Origin: Octopus vulgaris
Taxonomy: Eukaryota
Reading direction: 5' to 3'
DNA length: 64,000 bases
NCBI GenBank assembly: GCA_951406725.2
Contig: OX597814.1
Coordinates: 166,036,001-166,100,000 of the forward strand
The notes under the pieces are model-generated. The model saw nothing but the letters and a program-made list of their open reading frames with translations. It was not told where the DNA came from and ran no database searches. Both the position numbers and the translations under genes were made by a program. Positions 42,027 through 51,985 of this stretch are shown here, in pieces (the first letter of the stretch is position 1; each line of letters starts with the position of its first letter).

Positions 42027-45000
42027 TCATACATATAATACATACATACCTATATATAATACACACACACACACATCCTGGTGCACCATCAGTTTAAAAA
42101 GTAGAAAACAGCGCCAACAAACAACATACACATTGAAATAAAATTACTGAATATGAAAGATGAGCTGGATATATGAGGAGACAGAATTTGTTTCTGCAGC
42201 AGACTTCAATGTTTGCAGTCTGTATCACCATATGCCCGATCATCCTTAAATGGACATCACAACAACATTCAAATATAATATAAAAATAACATGTACACAA
42301 AAATAGCAGCAGCATTAATAGCTTTATTAGCCCAAGAACAACAACTCCTCGGAGGATACCCTGTTAAACTCTACTATGGCTGGTATCAGAACCTATCAAG
42401 GTATAATGGAGAGTATACATGCCAAGAATATCAACCATTTTGTTACCAGTGCTGGTGTGCAGGTGGCACGTAAAAAAACACAATTTTTTCGTGGCCGTTG
42501 CCAGTACCTATTTCTTTACTACCTACAAGGGGCTAAACACAGAGAGGACAAACAAAGACAGACAAACAGATTAAGTCGATTATATTGACCCCAGTGCGTA
42601 ACTGGTACTTAATTTATCGACCCTGAAAGGATGAAAGGCAAAGTTGACCTCGGCGGCATTTGAACTCAGAATGTAGCGACAGATGAAATACTGCTGAACA
42701 TTTCGCCCGGCATGCTAGCGATTCTGCCAGCTCGCCGCCTTACGTTGCCAGTACCGTCTGACTGGCCCTCATGCCAGTGGCACGTAAAAGCACCACTACA
42801 CTCTCAGATTGGTTGGCGTTAGGAAGGGCATCTAGCTGTAGAAACTCTGCCAGATCAAAATTGGAGCCTGATGCAGCCATCTGGTTCACCAGTCCTCAGT
42901 CAAATTGTCCAACCCATGCTAGCATGGGAAGCGGACGTTAAACGATGATGATGATGATGATTTCTGCCAAGATGCTTCTTTCAATTAATTCTAAATATAA
43001 CAAAGAATTTAGTAAAATAACTTGGTTATCATTAAGCTTGTGTTAGGAACATAAACTATGACTAATGTTTGGTGGAAAATTTTAATTCAGAACTTTTGAA
43101 AACAAGACATTTGTACTACAGAGCCAGAGGCAGTTTCAGGTGGGTTGGTATCGAAAGGGTTAAACTGCATCATTTAAGATTGCCTGTGCATATAGCCATT
43201 AGCCAGGCAGAAGCATATCTAGGACAAGAGATCTTTGGGGTGCACATTAAAATTAATTAAATCTAATTAAAAAACTGACATGATACTACATAACAACAAG
43301 TCATTATTATACGTTTCCCTTTCATTTTTTCATCATCCTAGGATAGGTCATCATTATTTTTAAAGCTTGGTGTGTTTCCTACTAATAACCACTCAACTCT
43401 GAAATAACGAAATGAGGTCACTAACATTATTGCCTACAATCTAGTCTGTTTTAATCTTCAATTACCATTTCTATTGCATTGCTAACTGTTAAACAATAAT
43501 CTCTCTAACTAAAGAAAAAGAAAAGGAAAACAAATGAAATTTGTTGAAATAAGGTTTAGTATATTGAAAATTGATGGTGATGACTTTAGGATGAGTATTA
43601 ATTGTAACGTTGCTCCAGTCCACTCAGCTGGCAAAAATGAGTAACGCTGCAATGGACTGGCGTCCCGTCCAGCTGGGGAACACATACGCCATTGAAACCA
43701 GGAAACCGGGTCCATGAGCCTGGCTAGGCTTTAAAAGGGCGCATTTATATTTTATATTAATTGTAACACCTTCTTCATATACCACTACACATATTCTGGT
43801 ACATATAAAGTTGGCATACTTCTACTTAAATGTTTTGAAGCAGACTGAATGAAAAGATCTGCCAAAATGAAAAGAGAAGAGAAAAAGAAAGAAACTTTTC
43901 AGATTTCATGTTTGTATGGATAACATGACAGGAAGAATCTCAGCCTCACTAATGCTTATTGAGACACTATTAAAAGCTATGTCAAGTGTTTAAGCGTGAT
44001 CTGTCAGAATAAATGATACAATCTGTGGATAGGTTCACTAAATTTGAATATTATTCAGTTTCCCTACCTCATGATATTCACATTAGCCGAACTCAAGTGC
44101 AGTTGCTCAAGCAATTAGTTTTACTGGTAACAGCTTTAATTTCTTTAATTCAAATTTTTCAAACATCTTCACTGGTTTGTCAAATATTTCTTTGTTTATT
44201 CTGTCAATACTGGAATAATAATTCATACTGCCTTCATGCATCAGCAACTTTAACTACATAATATAACACTCAACCTACAAGAAATAGCGGTTAAATCGCC
44301 CTCAAATCACACCCAGCTACCTAATAAAGGAAAGATAAATTGGATAGTGTCTGAAAATAAGATGAGATGGTTGCAACAGCAATGCCTCTCACCAAAGATT
44401 TGCTCTGTCACAACTGATCTGGGATTAAACAACAGCAACAACAACAGTAACTGCAGCTGTACCAATACTGTACCAAGTCAGGCGTCATGTCTTTAAGACA
44501 TGTGGCTCACTGTTTCCCTAATTATACTAAAACTTTTCCAATTATTAAAGACTTCCTGTTAAAAATATTGCCTTCATATCAAATATTTCAATTGTTGCCT
44601 TCGTTTTTTTTTTTGTTGGATGTATGTAACGGTATTAGAATTCCAAAACATCAGCCAAACTCAATATTCAAAAAGGGAATAAGTAAGAACTTCAAACCAA
44701 ATATAAAATATAAATGCATAAGAGATGCAGTGAGATCAAAGGCAAGCTGATAGACAAGAAGGACATTTTATGCACCAGATGCACAAGAGGATTTAGCAGT
44801 AAGAGCACCCATTAAATAAAATCTTTCAAATACTTGGAGTCTCTCAAGGAATTGATAGCTTCCATTAGGTAGGTGGAATATTTATTAGTGGTAGTCAGGG
44901 TACCAAAAGCATAGTAGGCAGAATAATAATAAGGTGGCAAAAGTTCAGGATGCTACCTCCATTAGCAACAAGAAGATTCTCTTTTTGTTTACATGCTAAG

Positions 45001-48000
45001 TGTATGATGCATGTGTATGAGCTACTTGATATTAAAACATGGACACAGAATGTAGAGGGTGGGTGAAAGCTCTGCTGGATGAGTAATGTTAGTGTATATG
45101 AAGAAGGGAACACAAATGGCTTGAGAATAAAAACTGGGCTTAAGAGTAAATAGATACCACATGTGAGACAAAAAAGACTGCTGGTACAGACACGATGTGT
45201 ATGGAAGATGACACTTGGATGACAATGCTAAGTGATCCAAGTGGAAGGAACTAAGTGATCAAAGTGGAAGAGATAGGCTGAAGTAGACACAGGAAGAAAA
45301 CTGATCTAGAGAGACATGTGATGAAAACTAATCAAGAGAGATAGAACTATAGTATGTCTGTACTAGCATTAGTAAACATACAGTTTTAACCTCAAGTAAA
45401 CTCAAATAACACTGTAAGTTTACAGCTCCATTCGGTTTGCGATTGGCCAAATAAACAGGCTCCCTCTACTACGTCCAAACAGGCTCCCTCTACTACATTC
45501 GAACAGGCTCCGTCTACCATGTTCGAACAGGTTCCCTCTACTACGTCCATTTGTCACTTACATAATGTGGCTGTGGCCATGTTTAATCAAGTTCCTTTAC
45601 TTAGTTTCTCTAAGTGGCTTGTAGTTTGGTTCTATCACGTTTGCACTGGTGTCTCTCACACGAGAGCCACTCTTCATTCATGTGTGCTGGCAGGATTGAC
45701 CAAATTCAATGTTGCTATCTCTCATGCTTTCCAGAAACATTTCTATCAAGTTTATAGGCGCAGGAGTGGCTGTGTGGTAAGTAGCTTGCTTACCTACCAC
45801 ATGGTTCCGGGTTCAGTCCCACTGCGTGGCACCTTGGGAAAGTGTCTTCTACTATAGCCTCGGGCCGACCAAAGCCTTGTGAGTGAATTTGGTAGATGGA
45901 AACTGAAAGAAGCCCGTCGCATATATATCTACGTATGAATATGTTTGTGTGTCTGAGTTTCTCCCCACAACATCGCTTGACAACCAATGCTGGTGTGTTT
46001 ACATTCCAGTAACTTAGTAAGTACTAGGCTTACAAAGAATAAGTCCTGGGGTTGATTTGCTCGACTAAAGGCGGTGCCCCAGCATGGTCACAGTCAAATG
46101 ACTGAAACAAATAAAAAAAAAGTCTCTTTCTACATACACAAAGTACACCTAACGTCTTTATGCATTCATTTACCACTAACACACAACCTCTTTACAGAAA
46201 TCTTATACAAGGCATTTTACATTGTACGTAACACACTGCTGTGAATAAACTTTGCTTTTGAACAAGTTGTGTTTTGTCTGTCTGTCTCTGTATACCAATT
46301 ACTATTTAACAAACACACACACAATTAATGACAAACTACCACTGCTGACGTCATCACTTCAACCAGACTATGAACACTCCATTGGGCTATAGCTACACAT
46401 TAGCTCCAAAGATAGTGAACTCACCATACTAGTGACCAACTTGCTACACTGGTGATACCTTTACAGAACTTTACTAGGGAGATGAAAAAGGACAACAACA
46501 AATGACAAAATACTATGCTAGAGAAGAACCATCCAACCCATGCAAACATTGATTAAAAAAAGAAGCATCAATGATGATTTGTCAATCAAGAACCTTTCAA
46601 CCTTTTTTTTTTCAACTGTCACTAAGCAATTAGCCAATGTTCTTCTATATGTATTTTTCTCCAGTGATATCCCAGATTTTAAAAACCCATTGTCTTGAAA
46701 TTTAGAATGCTTTTACTTGTCATCACAACACAGAACATAAGCTAATCTTCTAATACTAGTTTCTCCTGAAATCATTCATTGTTTTCCTCTAGTACAGGCC
46801 AGTCATTTTAGCTTTATTCACAAACTACAATTATTTTGCCTATATTCTGAGGCTGAATTTTAACCATATAATTGGTCAGTAGCTTCCATCAAATTGTTTT
46901 AGAAAAATCCAGTTGTCTTGTGTATAACAGCTCTCTTCCTCCATCATATCTAAACATACATCATCAAACTGGAGACTATACTTCACATATGAATTTTTCA
47001 ATTGCTTTTTCTTAATTCTAATTTATGTTGTTTCTTAATCTTCCTTATCCATAAGTTGCTTATCACTAATATAGGTTGAGAGCCACATTCCTCATTAAAG
47101 AGAGACTTACTATTGATAATAATTTTAACTCTGATTTTCTGGATGAGGGCAAAAATCAATTTGGCTCTCATGCTCACTTGAGTGGTTGGTGATCAGTTGG
47201 CTAACTAGTTTTCTCACAATGGCAAAATACTTTGCACTAGAACTCCAGTCTTAATTTTTCTTCCATATTGTGAACTACAGTTATGCACACCCTGATATGA
47301 TAATTGAAATTTCCAGTTATGATGCCGATATTGCTGTTTTAAATTAGTTTAAATGTACACAAAGGCATAAAAATAATTATTTATTCTATTAGACATTCTA
47401 AAATACTATTAAATTTCATTCAATTTTAAAAAAGGTAAAATTGGACAGAATTTATGGGATGACCTGATAGATGAAAAACATTACTTTTATTGCAGTTTTC
47501 AAGAACAAGCAAGCATTGGTGCATCAGTTACAAGTATATCTAGCTATGCAGGGGCCATCATCAGCACACAATTTATTTGTTCCAGCTAGGAAACTGGGAG
47601 GGAAGTTATCTGTCATCACTTGCAGTAATTTCTTCCTAAATCCTTTACTCTCTCTTTATGAAGCCCACAAGAGATAAAATACATCAAAGCAGGGTCTGTG
47701 CCAAAGTATTCAGGAAGTCGTACAATATGTGCTGTCTTCTCCAGGCCCTACATTGTGCATCCCCCTCCCCCAGCCCTACAATGTGCTCCCCTCTTTAGCT
47801 TTACAATGTGCTCCCTCTTCAGTCCTACACTGTACGTCTCCTTTAACAAATTTTTTATGTAAATTCCTTCCACCATCACCTTTACACCTGTGAAAAACGT
47901 TGTTGAAAAATTATAATTGCGCACAATGAATATTATTGTTATGTCTATCACCAGGTAAATATAACAAAATCTTAAATGTTTCACGCCAATTTGTTTGATC

Positions 48001-48485
48001 ATAAAACCACACGCACTTTTCATCACCGTCTCACCTCAACAACAGCCCTCCATCATCTTTTGTTTTGCGAGTGACTCTCACCCACGAGATTTCGTGGAGG
48101 ACTGGGGATGTTATTTTGTTGGTTTTTTTGCAAGAAATTTTGTCCAAGTTGCTCAGAATTTGTGCAGTGCCCCAGATTTTCGCACCCTAAGCGAGCTCCC
48201 AGTTTGCAAAGTGTGTAACGCCGACTCTAGCCCAGGAGTATAACTATATAAAAAAATGGGTACTTAATTAAGAGCTATGTTTGTAAATTGAGAATGGTGT
48301 TTATTTTTTGAAGTGAATGTTTAACATTTTTAAAAGAATAAAAATTGTTCATATTGAGTCAACAACAATTTTGTTTGCAAACAGTCACGACAATAACGAA
48401 AAACATGAGAATATTAACTGATGTAGTGTTAAAAACTTACCACTGTTGGGTACTGAGCCCCACTGCTAGTAATATCTCCAGCCAT
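3160..48485 (-). CDS. TMEM104: TMEM104 (SLC38A12-like transmembrane amino-acid transporter family), whole spliced CDS, 10 coding exons, 484 aa
   Basis: Exons 48441-48485, 39884-40005, 35909-35984, 17769-17850, 16605-16642, 15332-15362, 13195-13294, 8078-8177, 6874-6967 and 3160-3926 sum to 1455 nt, all GT-AG with matching phases. The translation carries TMEM104 motifs FNLIVGTGAL.MPK, YLYGDLAIY.AAVP, LGPFTFF.VQKT, NLFGVCVYSFMC.HSLPSL, FPVFT.STNFPIIAVTLRNN and LVGITG.YAG.GIQY. Confidence 0.93.
4349..4748 (+). mobile_element. tRNA-derived SINE family A
   Basis: A box TGGCTGTGTGG, B box GGTTCAGTCC, internal (TA/TG)n, tail TGACTAAAACAAGTAAAGAG. Other copies at 4945-5336(-), 7066-7461(-), 10809-11230(+), 29900-30115(-), 37130-37340(-) and 45757-46112(+). 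Confidence 0.85.
4945..5336 (-). mobile_element. SINE family A, inverted relative to the 4349 copy
   Basis: Reverse complement of 4349-4748. Confidence 0.85.
6874..6967 (-). CDS. TMEM104: TMEM104 coding exon 9 (94 nt): VVFALVLGPFTFFNVQKTGYLQIFTSVFRWT
   Basis: Acceptor tttcag, donor G|GTAAGA. Conserved LGPFTFFxVQKTxYLQI motif. Confidence 0.95.
7066..7461 (-). mobile_element. SINE family A, near-intact copy
   Basis: Same head and tail as above. Confidence 0.85.
7734..7896. repeat. Hairpin: 75-bp arms, 13-nt loop, 4 mismatches
   Basis: 7734-7808 is the reverse complement of 7822-7896. Confidence 0.92.
8078..8177 (-). CDS. TMEM104: TMEM104 coding exon 8 (100 nt): (C)TTNLTDTNRTANDDDICWPGSDISRKNAYRIFI
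   Basis: Acceptor atttcag, donor ATT|GTACGT. Matches the luminal loop D.CW....R..AYRI and has N-glycosylation sequons NLT and NRT. Confidence 0.92.
8440..8794 (+). mobile_element. CR1/L2-group LINE 3' end with (ATT)n tail
   Basis: SNTRGHAYKVRKQ...FRKHFFTLRVAEAWNKLPASVV, short 3' UTR, ATT repeats. Confidence 0.85.
8940..9394 (+). mobile_element. Short retroposon family C with internal tandem GGCACGTAAAA units and a (GAT)n tail
   Basis: GAAGGGCATCCAGCTGTAGAAA core, tail CCAACCCATGCTAGCATGGAAAG...GATGATGAT. Copies at 10390(-), 13800(+), 20240(-), 23240(+), 32115(-), 36530(-), 40320(-), 40840(+) and 42440(+). Confidence 0.8.
9479..9697. mobile_element. piggyBac-like MITE
   Basis: TTAA|CCCTTTAGCATT...AATACTAAAGGA|TTAA. 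Confidence 0.7.
11440..12089 (+). mobile_element. CR1/L2-group LINE 3' end, longer second copy
   Basis: MVQPHLEFASPVWNLY...PYPECLTSLGMDTL...FFTLRVAEVWNKLPASVV, with the same 3' UTR and ATT tail as the 8440 copy. Confidence 0.85.
12724..13010 (-). mobile_element. tRNA-derived SINE family D (V-domain-like) with 25-bp flanking duplication
   Basis: GCGATGGACTGGCATCCCGTCCAG core; tatttagttttattagtctatattt at 12699-12723 and 13011-13035. A truncated copy at about 43609-43753 lies between tattaattgtaac repeats. Confidence 0.75.
13195..13294 (-). CDS. TMEM104: TMEM104 coding exon 7 (100 nt): (V)GVLFFYICIIVYLYGDLAIYGAAVPKSLRNLA
   Basis: Acceptor tttcag, donor TG|GTAAAT. Conserved YLYGDLAIY motif. 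Confidence 0.95.
15332..15362 (-). CDS. TMEM104: TMEM104 coding exon 6 (31-nt micro-exon): GHMASLFFNK
   Basis: Acceptor ttcaacag, donor G|GTAATT. Matches the conserved GQMASMFFNK; phases 0/1 fit the neighbouring exons. Confidence 0.9.
15405..15631. repeat. Hairpin: 110-bp arms, 7-nt loop, inside an insertion with a 13-bp direct repeat
   Basis: 15405-15514 versus 15522-15631; agttaagtggatt at 15395-15407 and 15688-15700. Confidence 0.92.
16605..16642 (-). CDS. TMEM104: TMEM104 coding exon 5 (38-nt micro-exon): (A)NKLYDITERVEM
   Basis: Acceptor tgtttcag, donor ATG|GTATGT. Matches the conserved F.IT.RVEM. Confidence 0.9.
17182..17662. mobile_element. MITE with about 120-bp imperfect TIRs (Kolobok-like TTAA end)
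   Basis: TGGAATTCTGC...AAATTTGTGTTCTACACACAGGAATTCA versus its inverse at the right end; right flank ccctTTAA. Confidence 0.65.
17769..17850 (-). CDS. TMEM104: TMEM104 coding exon 4 (82 nt): RHKKDTIVYENNEEQPLLDQEDDSDGN
   Basis: Acceptor ttctattatag, donor G|GTGAGA. Acidic cytosolic loop with EEQPLL aligning to vertebrate EKRPIL; phases 0/1 close the frame. Confidence 0.82.
18303..18839. repeat. Inverted duplication: 218-bp near-identical arms, 101-nt spacer
   Basis: 18303-18520 versus 18622-18839. The spacer plus the start of arm 2 recurs directly at about 19145-19295. Confidence 0.92.
19270..19620 (+). mobile_element. RTE-clade LINE reverse-transcriptase C-terminal remnant
   Basis: NVVDSFCYLGDQIS...ILARVRAAWRSFRGLL, degraded downstream. 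Confidence 0.65.
21043..21172. mobile_element. hAT-like MITE (130 bp) with 8-bp TSD
   Basis: CACTAATGTAGCTAG...CTAGCTATGCTAGTG flanked by ggtgtgtg on both sides. Confidence 0.75.
26211..26431. mobile_element. piggyBac-like MITE (second family)
   Basis: TTAA|CCCTTT...AAAGGG|TTAA. A reverse-oriented partial copy lies at about 42975-43159. Confidence 0.75.
28311..28356 (-). ncRNA. Minimal type-I hammerhead ribozyme (Penelope-associated type)
   Basis: Minus strand reads GACAC CUGAUGA A GGCUG(GAGAGUAUGU)CAGCC GAAA CG UU GUGUU: stem I GACAC/GUGUU, core CUGANGA with one extra A, 5-bp stem II, GAAA, palindromic minimal stem III, GUU cleavage triplet. Confidence 0.75.
28631..28676 (+). ncRNA. Degenerate second copy of the hammerhead (other palindrome arm)
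   Basis: GACAC CTGATGA A GGCTG...CAACC AAAA CATT GTGTT. G>A changes (two at CpG) destroy GAAA and weaken stems II and III. Confidence 0.55.
29330..29505 (+). mobile_element. Second R4/Dong-like 3' tip between AAT repeats
   Basis: LLHRVCLLGTARISRTVLST, with AAT repeats on either side. Confidence 0.55.
30271..30900 (-). mobile_element. Degenerate Helitron PIF1-like helicase fragment
   Basis: KVGAIVMLLRNL..GLCNGTR, QFPLRLAYSMTINKAQ, FSNGQLYVAFSRA, with an internal stop. Confidence 0.85.
32500..32710 (+). mobile_element. Mariner transposase C-terminal remnant
   Basis: ELMPHPANSPDLAPLDY (YSPDLAPSDY-type motif) with stops. Confidence 0.75.
33280..33700 (+). mobile_element. Tx1/L1-like LINE AP-endonuclease remnant
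   Basis: Degenerate INACGL, DVIALSKTRI, DPYGKLMILDIN and LIRVGNWNVILD (GDWN-type motif), spread across frames. Confidence 0.55.
33874..34145 (+). mobile_element. R4/Dong-like non-LTR retrotransposon 3' end inside an (AAT)n tract
   Basis: WNLKTETIPIIVGALGMIK...IQKIALLGTAHILRRTLSIQ*, with (AAT)n on both sides. Confidence 0.8.
34763..35649. mobile_element. Palindromic Tc1/mariner (DD41D, rosa-type) derived element
   Basis: TA|CAGGGTGTC...GACACCCTG|TA. Inverted arms of about 370 bp, both derived from the transposase 3' end. The plus strand reads FQQDEATAHTT...LDLTSLDFFLWGFL with 41 residues between the last two catalytic Asp. Confidence 0.85.
35909..35984 (-). CDS. TMEM104: TMEM104 coding exon 3 (76 nt): (S)YLTVTFVTEAMAVANFKLKMGRNNK
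   Basis: Acceptor ttttactccag, donor AAG|GTACAA. Conserved TF..EAMA.AN. Confidence 0.93.
36187..36352. mobile_element. hAT-like MITE, second copy nested in a SINE
   Basis: Perfect 15-bp TIR CACTAGCATAGCTAG/CTAGCTATGCTAGTG; decayed 8-bp TSD tccaaaag/cccgaaag. Confidence 0.75.
38114..39470 (-). mobile_element. Tigger/pogo (TIGD1-like) transposase remnant
   Basis: MPNRTYITKE, HKPMKDRLTLFLCGNASGDFKVKPLLVYHSDNP, and C-terminal SHFRKILQHRQKQLTLDRFL. Frameshifted; TACAG-type terminus near 38112. Confidence 0.88.
39884..40005 (-). CDS. TMEM104: TMEM104 coding exon 2 (122 nt): LGLIYVFNLIVGTGALAMPKSFHSAGWLLSIIFLVILAFI(S)
   Basis: Acceptor atttcag, donor AG|GTGAGT. Amino-acid transporter family TM1 signature. 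Confidence 0.95.
41086..41895 (+). mobile_element. Mariner transposase remnant, 5' half with TIR
   Basis: TA-TTGGGTCATTCCATAAATAATGC terminus. ATG at 41264 gives MEVTKEHIQHILLYEFNKG...WFQKF, KLGHWVP, VTGDEKWVLY and KVLLSGWWNMKG. Confidence 0.88.
42509..42742 (-). mobile_element. SINE family B nested in a family C repeat, 13-bp TSD
   Basis: TSD cgttgccagtacc at 42496-42508 and 42743-42755. Confidence 0.85.
42975..43159. mobile_element. Partial copy of the 26211 piggyBac-like MITE, opposite orientation
   Basis: Reverse complement of about 26211-26395; ends AAAGGG|TTAA. Confidence 0.7.
45453..45548. repeat. 24-bp minisatellite x4 (RAACAGGCTCCCTCTACTACGTYC)
   Basis: Four consecutive units read directly. 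Confidence 0.85.
45757..46112 (+). mobile_element. SINE family A copy
   Basis: GGCGCAGGAGTGGCTGTGTGG head, A-rich tail. Confidence 0.85.
48441..48485 (-). CDS. TMEM104: TMEM104 coding exon 1 (45 nt): MAGDITSSGAQYPTV
   Basis: ATG in a good context (ataATGG), donor GTG|GTAAGT. Resembles vertebrate MAGEITETGELYSSY. Confidence 0.9.
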
Positions 48486-48614
48486 TATTAAAATTTACTC
48501 AAAAATGAGAGACCTAACAGTTTAGAAGCTGAAACGCAAAATCGTGTGTATATAGGATTGACTTGGCCTGTTCTTGTCAGCTGGTAAAATGTAGGAAATG
48601 TCACAGGCGTATGT

Positions 48615-48623
48615 GTCACATGA
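48615..48623. promoter_or_regulatory. M-box/CLEAR-like E-box GTCACATGA about 130 bp upstream of the TMEM104 ATG
   Basis: Exact TCATGTGAC on the minus strand (MiT/TFE-type site), plus ATGTGAC at 48645-48651. Function is inferred only. Confidence 0.3.
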
Positions 48624-49989
48624 AAACAAAATTAGGTAAACATTATGTGACTGACAGTGAATACAGCAGTGATATTTTGTTCACTATTACGATTCTGTCT
48701 TTTTACGAAATTTTGATTTCCGTTAACAATGTAATTATGAAACAGACAGCGAATAAACAGCACTGATCTTTTTCGGAAAACACTATCTTATCGAAGTAAA
48801 AAAATAAATTTCTTCATCGTTTATTGACAACACAATGAAAAGCTTATCATCTGTTGTCGTCATTCTTACCAATTAATTACGAATCATGTTCACTATCAGC
48901 TTTTGTTAAAAGTTCATAGTTTTCTTCTGACTAAATTTGATATAAAAAAAAAGGTGAAGAAACTAATGAATTACATCGATCAACTTTCTTTGATTCACAA
49001 ACAGAAAATTGTTATACCCGGTGGTTGTTAAAATAATCTCTTTTTAATCACAATTCTTATGATATAGGATAAAATTGTTTTTTACGATAAGTATTTTCTC
49101 TGATAAGAATTTTCTATCAATAATAAATAATGTAGTCATTTTATTTTAGAACTTTTCAGATGATTTAATTATAATTTTCATCAAGTTTTAATTAACATTT
49201 TATGAATGTTCGGTAGTGGAATAATTTTCAATAGGTATATCATTTAGATGGGTGCCGTAATTAAGAGTAATACGAAAAGTAAATCTAAAAGAATTATGGC
49301 GATCGTTGTAAATATTAGGGTGTTTATTTTGTATTGTTAAAGATAGGAATGTTTAATTGTGTTAGATCGTTTGGAATTTTATTGTTCGTTGTATTGTTTA
49401 AGTAGAGGGAGAACTGACCGCGATTTCAAGCAGATCAAACGACCTCATACAGGTTCCTTTGTAACTAAGCAACAAAAATATTTTAACAACAGTAACAACC
49501 TATAAAATCATCAACAGTAACAGCATAAAAATAATTATTAATTGCATCCATATCCTTCACGATAAACAAACTGACTGCAACACAAAGTACTTCCTTGGTT
49601 GCCAAATAAACTAACTTCTGTTTGACAAAATGAAAGCGGTACGTTATAATCAAAGATCGCCAGAATTTGTTATCGAGTGAGCGTAACTTATCAGATAAGT
49701 TGATCCAGTGCCCTTTGTCTGGGGAGAAATAAGAAGTGTCGAACTAATTTCTATAGTAAAACTAAGTTTATGTGCTGCTATGTAGACCAACAGGAGTCTG
49801 ATTGGGTTCTATTTTTTCTTTTCATTTTAATTGTAGTTATATATCCCAGAATTGAAATTTCGCTTCTTTATATCACAGCACAACTTCCATTCTTCGTTCT
49901 AATCACATGCTTGCTGACGCAAACCACCGGCGTGGAGGCGCAATGGCCCAATGGTTAGGGGTGTACATATTTCTGTGGGATACTGTACG

Positions 49990-50580
49990 TACATACATAC
50001 ATACATACATACATACATGCATGCATGCATGCATGCATGCATAGTGGCTGACCCTCGTTATCGAGTATGGCCATTGCGCGAAGCTTAATCAATGTCTGTG
50101 CAAGAAGATTTTTTTTAAAGTGAGGAAAGGCTGTGCACTGAGTCAATCCCACTCACTAAGCAACAGCAGCCATAATCCGAAAAAGAACAAGTCAACATCA
50201 TCGGTAACCACTGAGCCGCAGGTTTTATATCGGAGTTATCCCATTTACCTGAGTTACCTTCTCCTAGAAGGATGCCCTAACAAAGGCTAGGAGCCCTTCA
50301 CTCCCAATGGTTTAACTGCGCGATCGGGTATTCAGTCCGATTATTTCTATGTCCCCGCGCATGATACAGCCTTAAGACATTTATTGGATGGCCGTTGACT
50401 CTCGAGAGTTCCTCCGCCCTTTGACGGGTTTTGTTTTTCATCCCGCAGGGTGTCCAATAAACACCCTCCTCACCAAGCAAGCTTGGTGGGGTTGCCGGTT
50501 TAGTCGCCGACGACCCGACCATGCAACAGGTTGTACTGGGTTACATGTTACCAGTAGCACTCGAAAGTGACCTACATACA
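49990..50580 (-). mobile_element. Probable internally deleted RTE-type retroelement with (GTAT)n/(GCAT)n tail
   Basis: GC-rich island with RTE-like UTR motifs next to a tetranucleotide tail. Family call is by resemblance only. Confidence 0.4.
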
Positions 50581-51277
50581 TATCCTGTGTCCGTAGAAGT
50601 TACTAATGAAACATTGTGTGAATGTTCAGAATGGGTCTGTCAGAGGATCTGGAGTTGTCTGCGCAAAAGTCTGGAACTATCTGCATGGCAAGAGTGGAGG
50701 TGCAAGTCAGTCAGCTACCTTCAACACTCTGCGATTAAATGGACGCAAAACAAAAAAACGGTTTTTATAGGAGACAATCAAGGAAATCGAGAAAGTTATG
50801 TCACGCCACAGCTTCACGCTGATTGGTCGTTTTATAATCTGATCACTTGAAACTAAGATGGTTCACGCGTAGTTCTGAACGAATATCTAGCGGTTAGATT
50901 TCGAATCACAGCTATAATGCCCTTGCCGTTGAAAAGCTTTCTCGTGGATTTGTTTTGCCTGGTCTCTCGTGCCAGCGAAAAACAGATGCTCGGCTCATAC
51001 AAGTTAATCCTTAGGCAGTCTGGAACATTTCATAAGTTTCTGTAGCGTTTTTGCTCAGTTTAACACAAAACCTTATTGCATAGCGAGCTTCCACATAGTC
51101 TTCACATCCCGACTGCATTCTGCAAACTAGTCAGCTGTGACAAGCTATGTTCAGTAGGATGTGTTTAAAGTGCTGATCCGGCCGCATCTTTCCATCTTGA
51201 ATAACGAAAGTTGGCAGGTCAGCTTACTAGATGCATACTAATGATATACTAAAATTACAATAACCTAGGACAGTTAT

Positions 51278-51278
<1 letters not shown>

Positions 51279-51345
<67 letters not shown>
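51279..51345. repeat. (CT)n microsatellite
   Basis: Uninterrupted CT run. Confidence 0.95.
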
Positions 51346-51353
<8 letters not shown>

Positions 51354-51985
51354 CTCTTTTAAATAGATCACCTTACTTTGAAATTGTATGGATGATACCG
51401 TACTAAATTCTGGTGCCTCAACTTAAGTACCATATTCATCTGAATCTAAATTTTTGCTGAACTCATCTACCATACTCAAAGTATATGTGTGTGTGTAGTG
51501 GGGTCTTTGTGTTTGTTCCCCACCGCTTGATTACTACGATAACCGGTGTTGGTTTGTGTACCTCTCCTATAACTCAGCGTCTCGGCAAAGTAAAGTACAG
51601 TTTAAGTACTGAAGTTCAATAACACCCTCCCTTGTGCCTACATTAGAAATAATATTATAGCAACAATGCCTTTCATCCTTTCGGGGTCAATGAAATAAGT
51701 ACCAGTCGAGTTCTGGGGTCGATGTAATCGACTTACTCGCTCCCCCTAAATTTCAGGCTTGTACCTATAGTAGAAGGGATTATATTAATATATTTTACGT
51801 AAATCAGAAATCATTATATTTGCTTTATGTGAGGCAGTGAGCTGGCAGAATCGTTAGCGCATCAGACAAAATGTTTAGCGGCATTTCTTCCGGTTCTTTA
51901 CGTTCTAAGATCAAACCACGCCGAGATCAACTTTTATCCTTTGGGGTCGATAAAATAAAGTACCAGTCAAATATTGGAATCGATG

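Noticed and set aside
50480-50580. HDV-like ribozyme at the 5' end of the RTE-like element
   Set aside because: A P4-like hairpin followed by CTAA is present, but I could not find P1 or P3 pairing.
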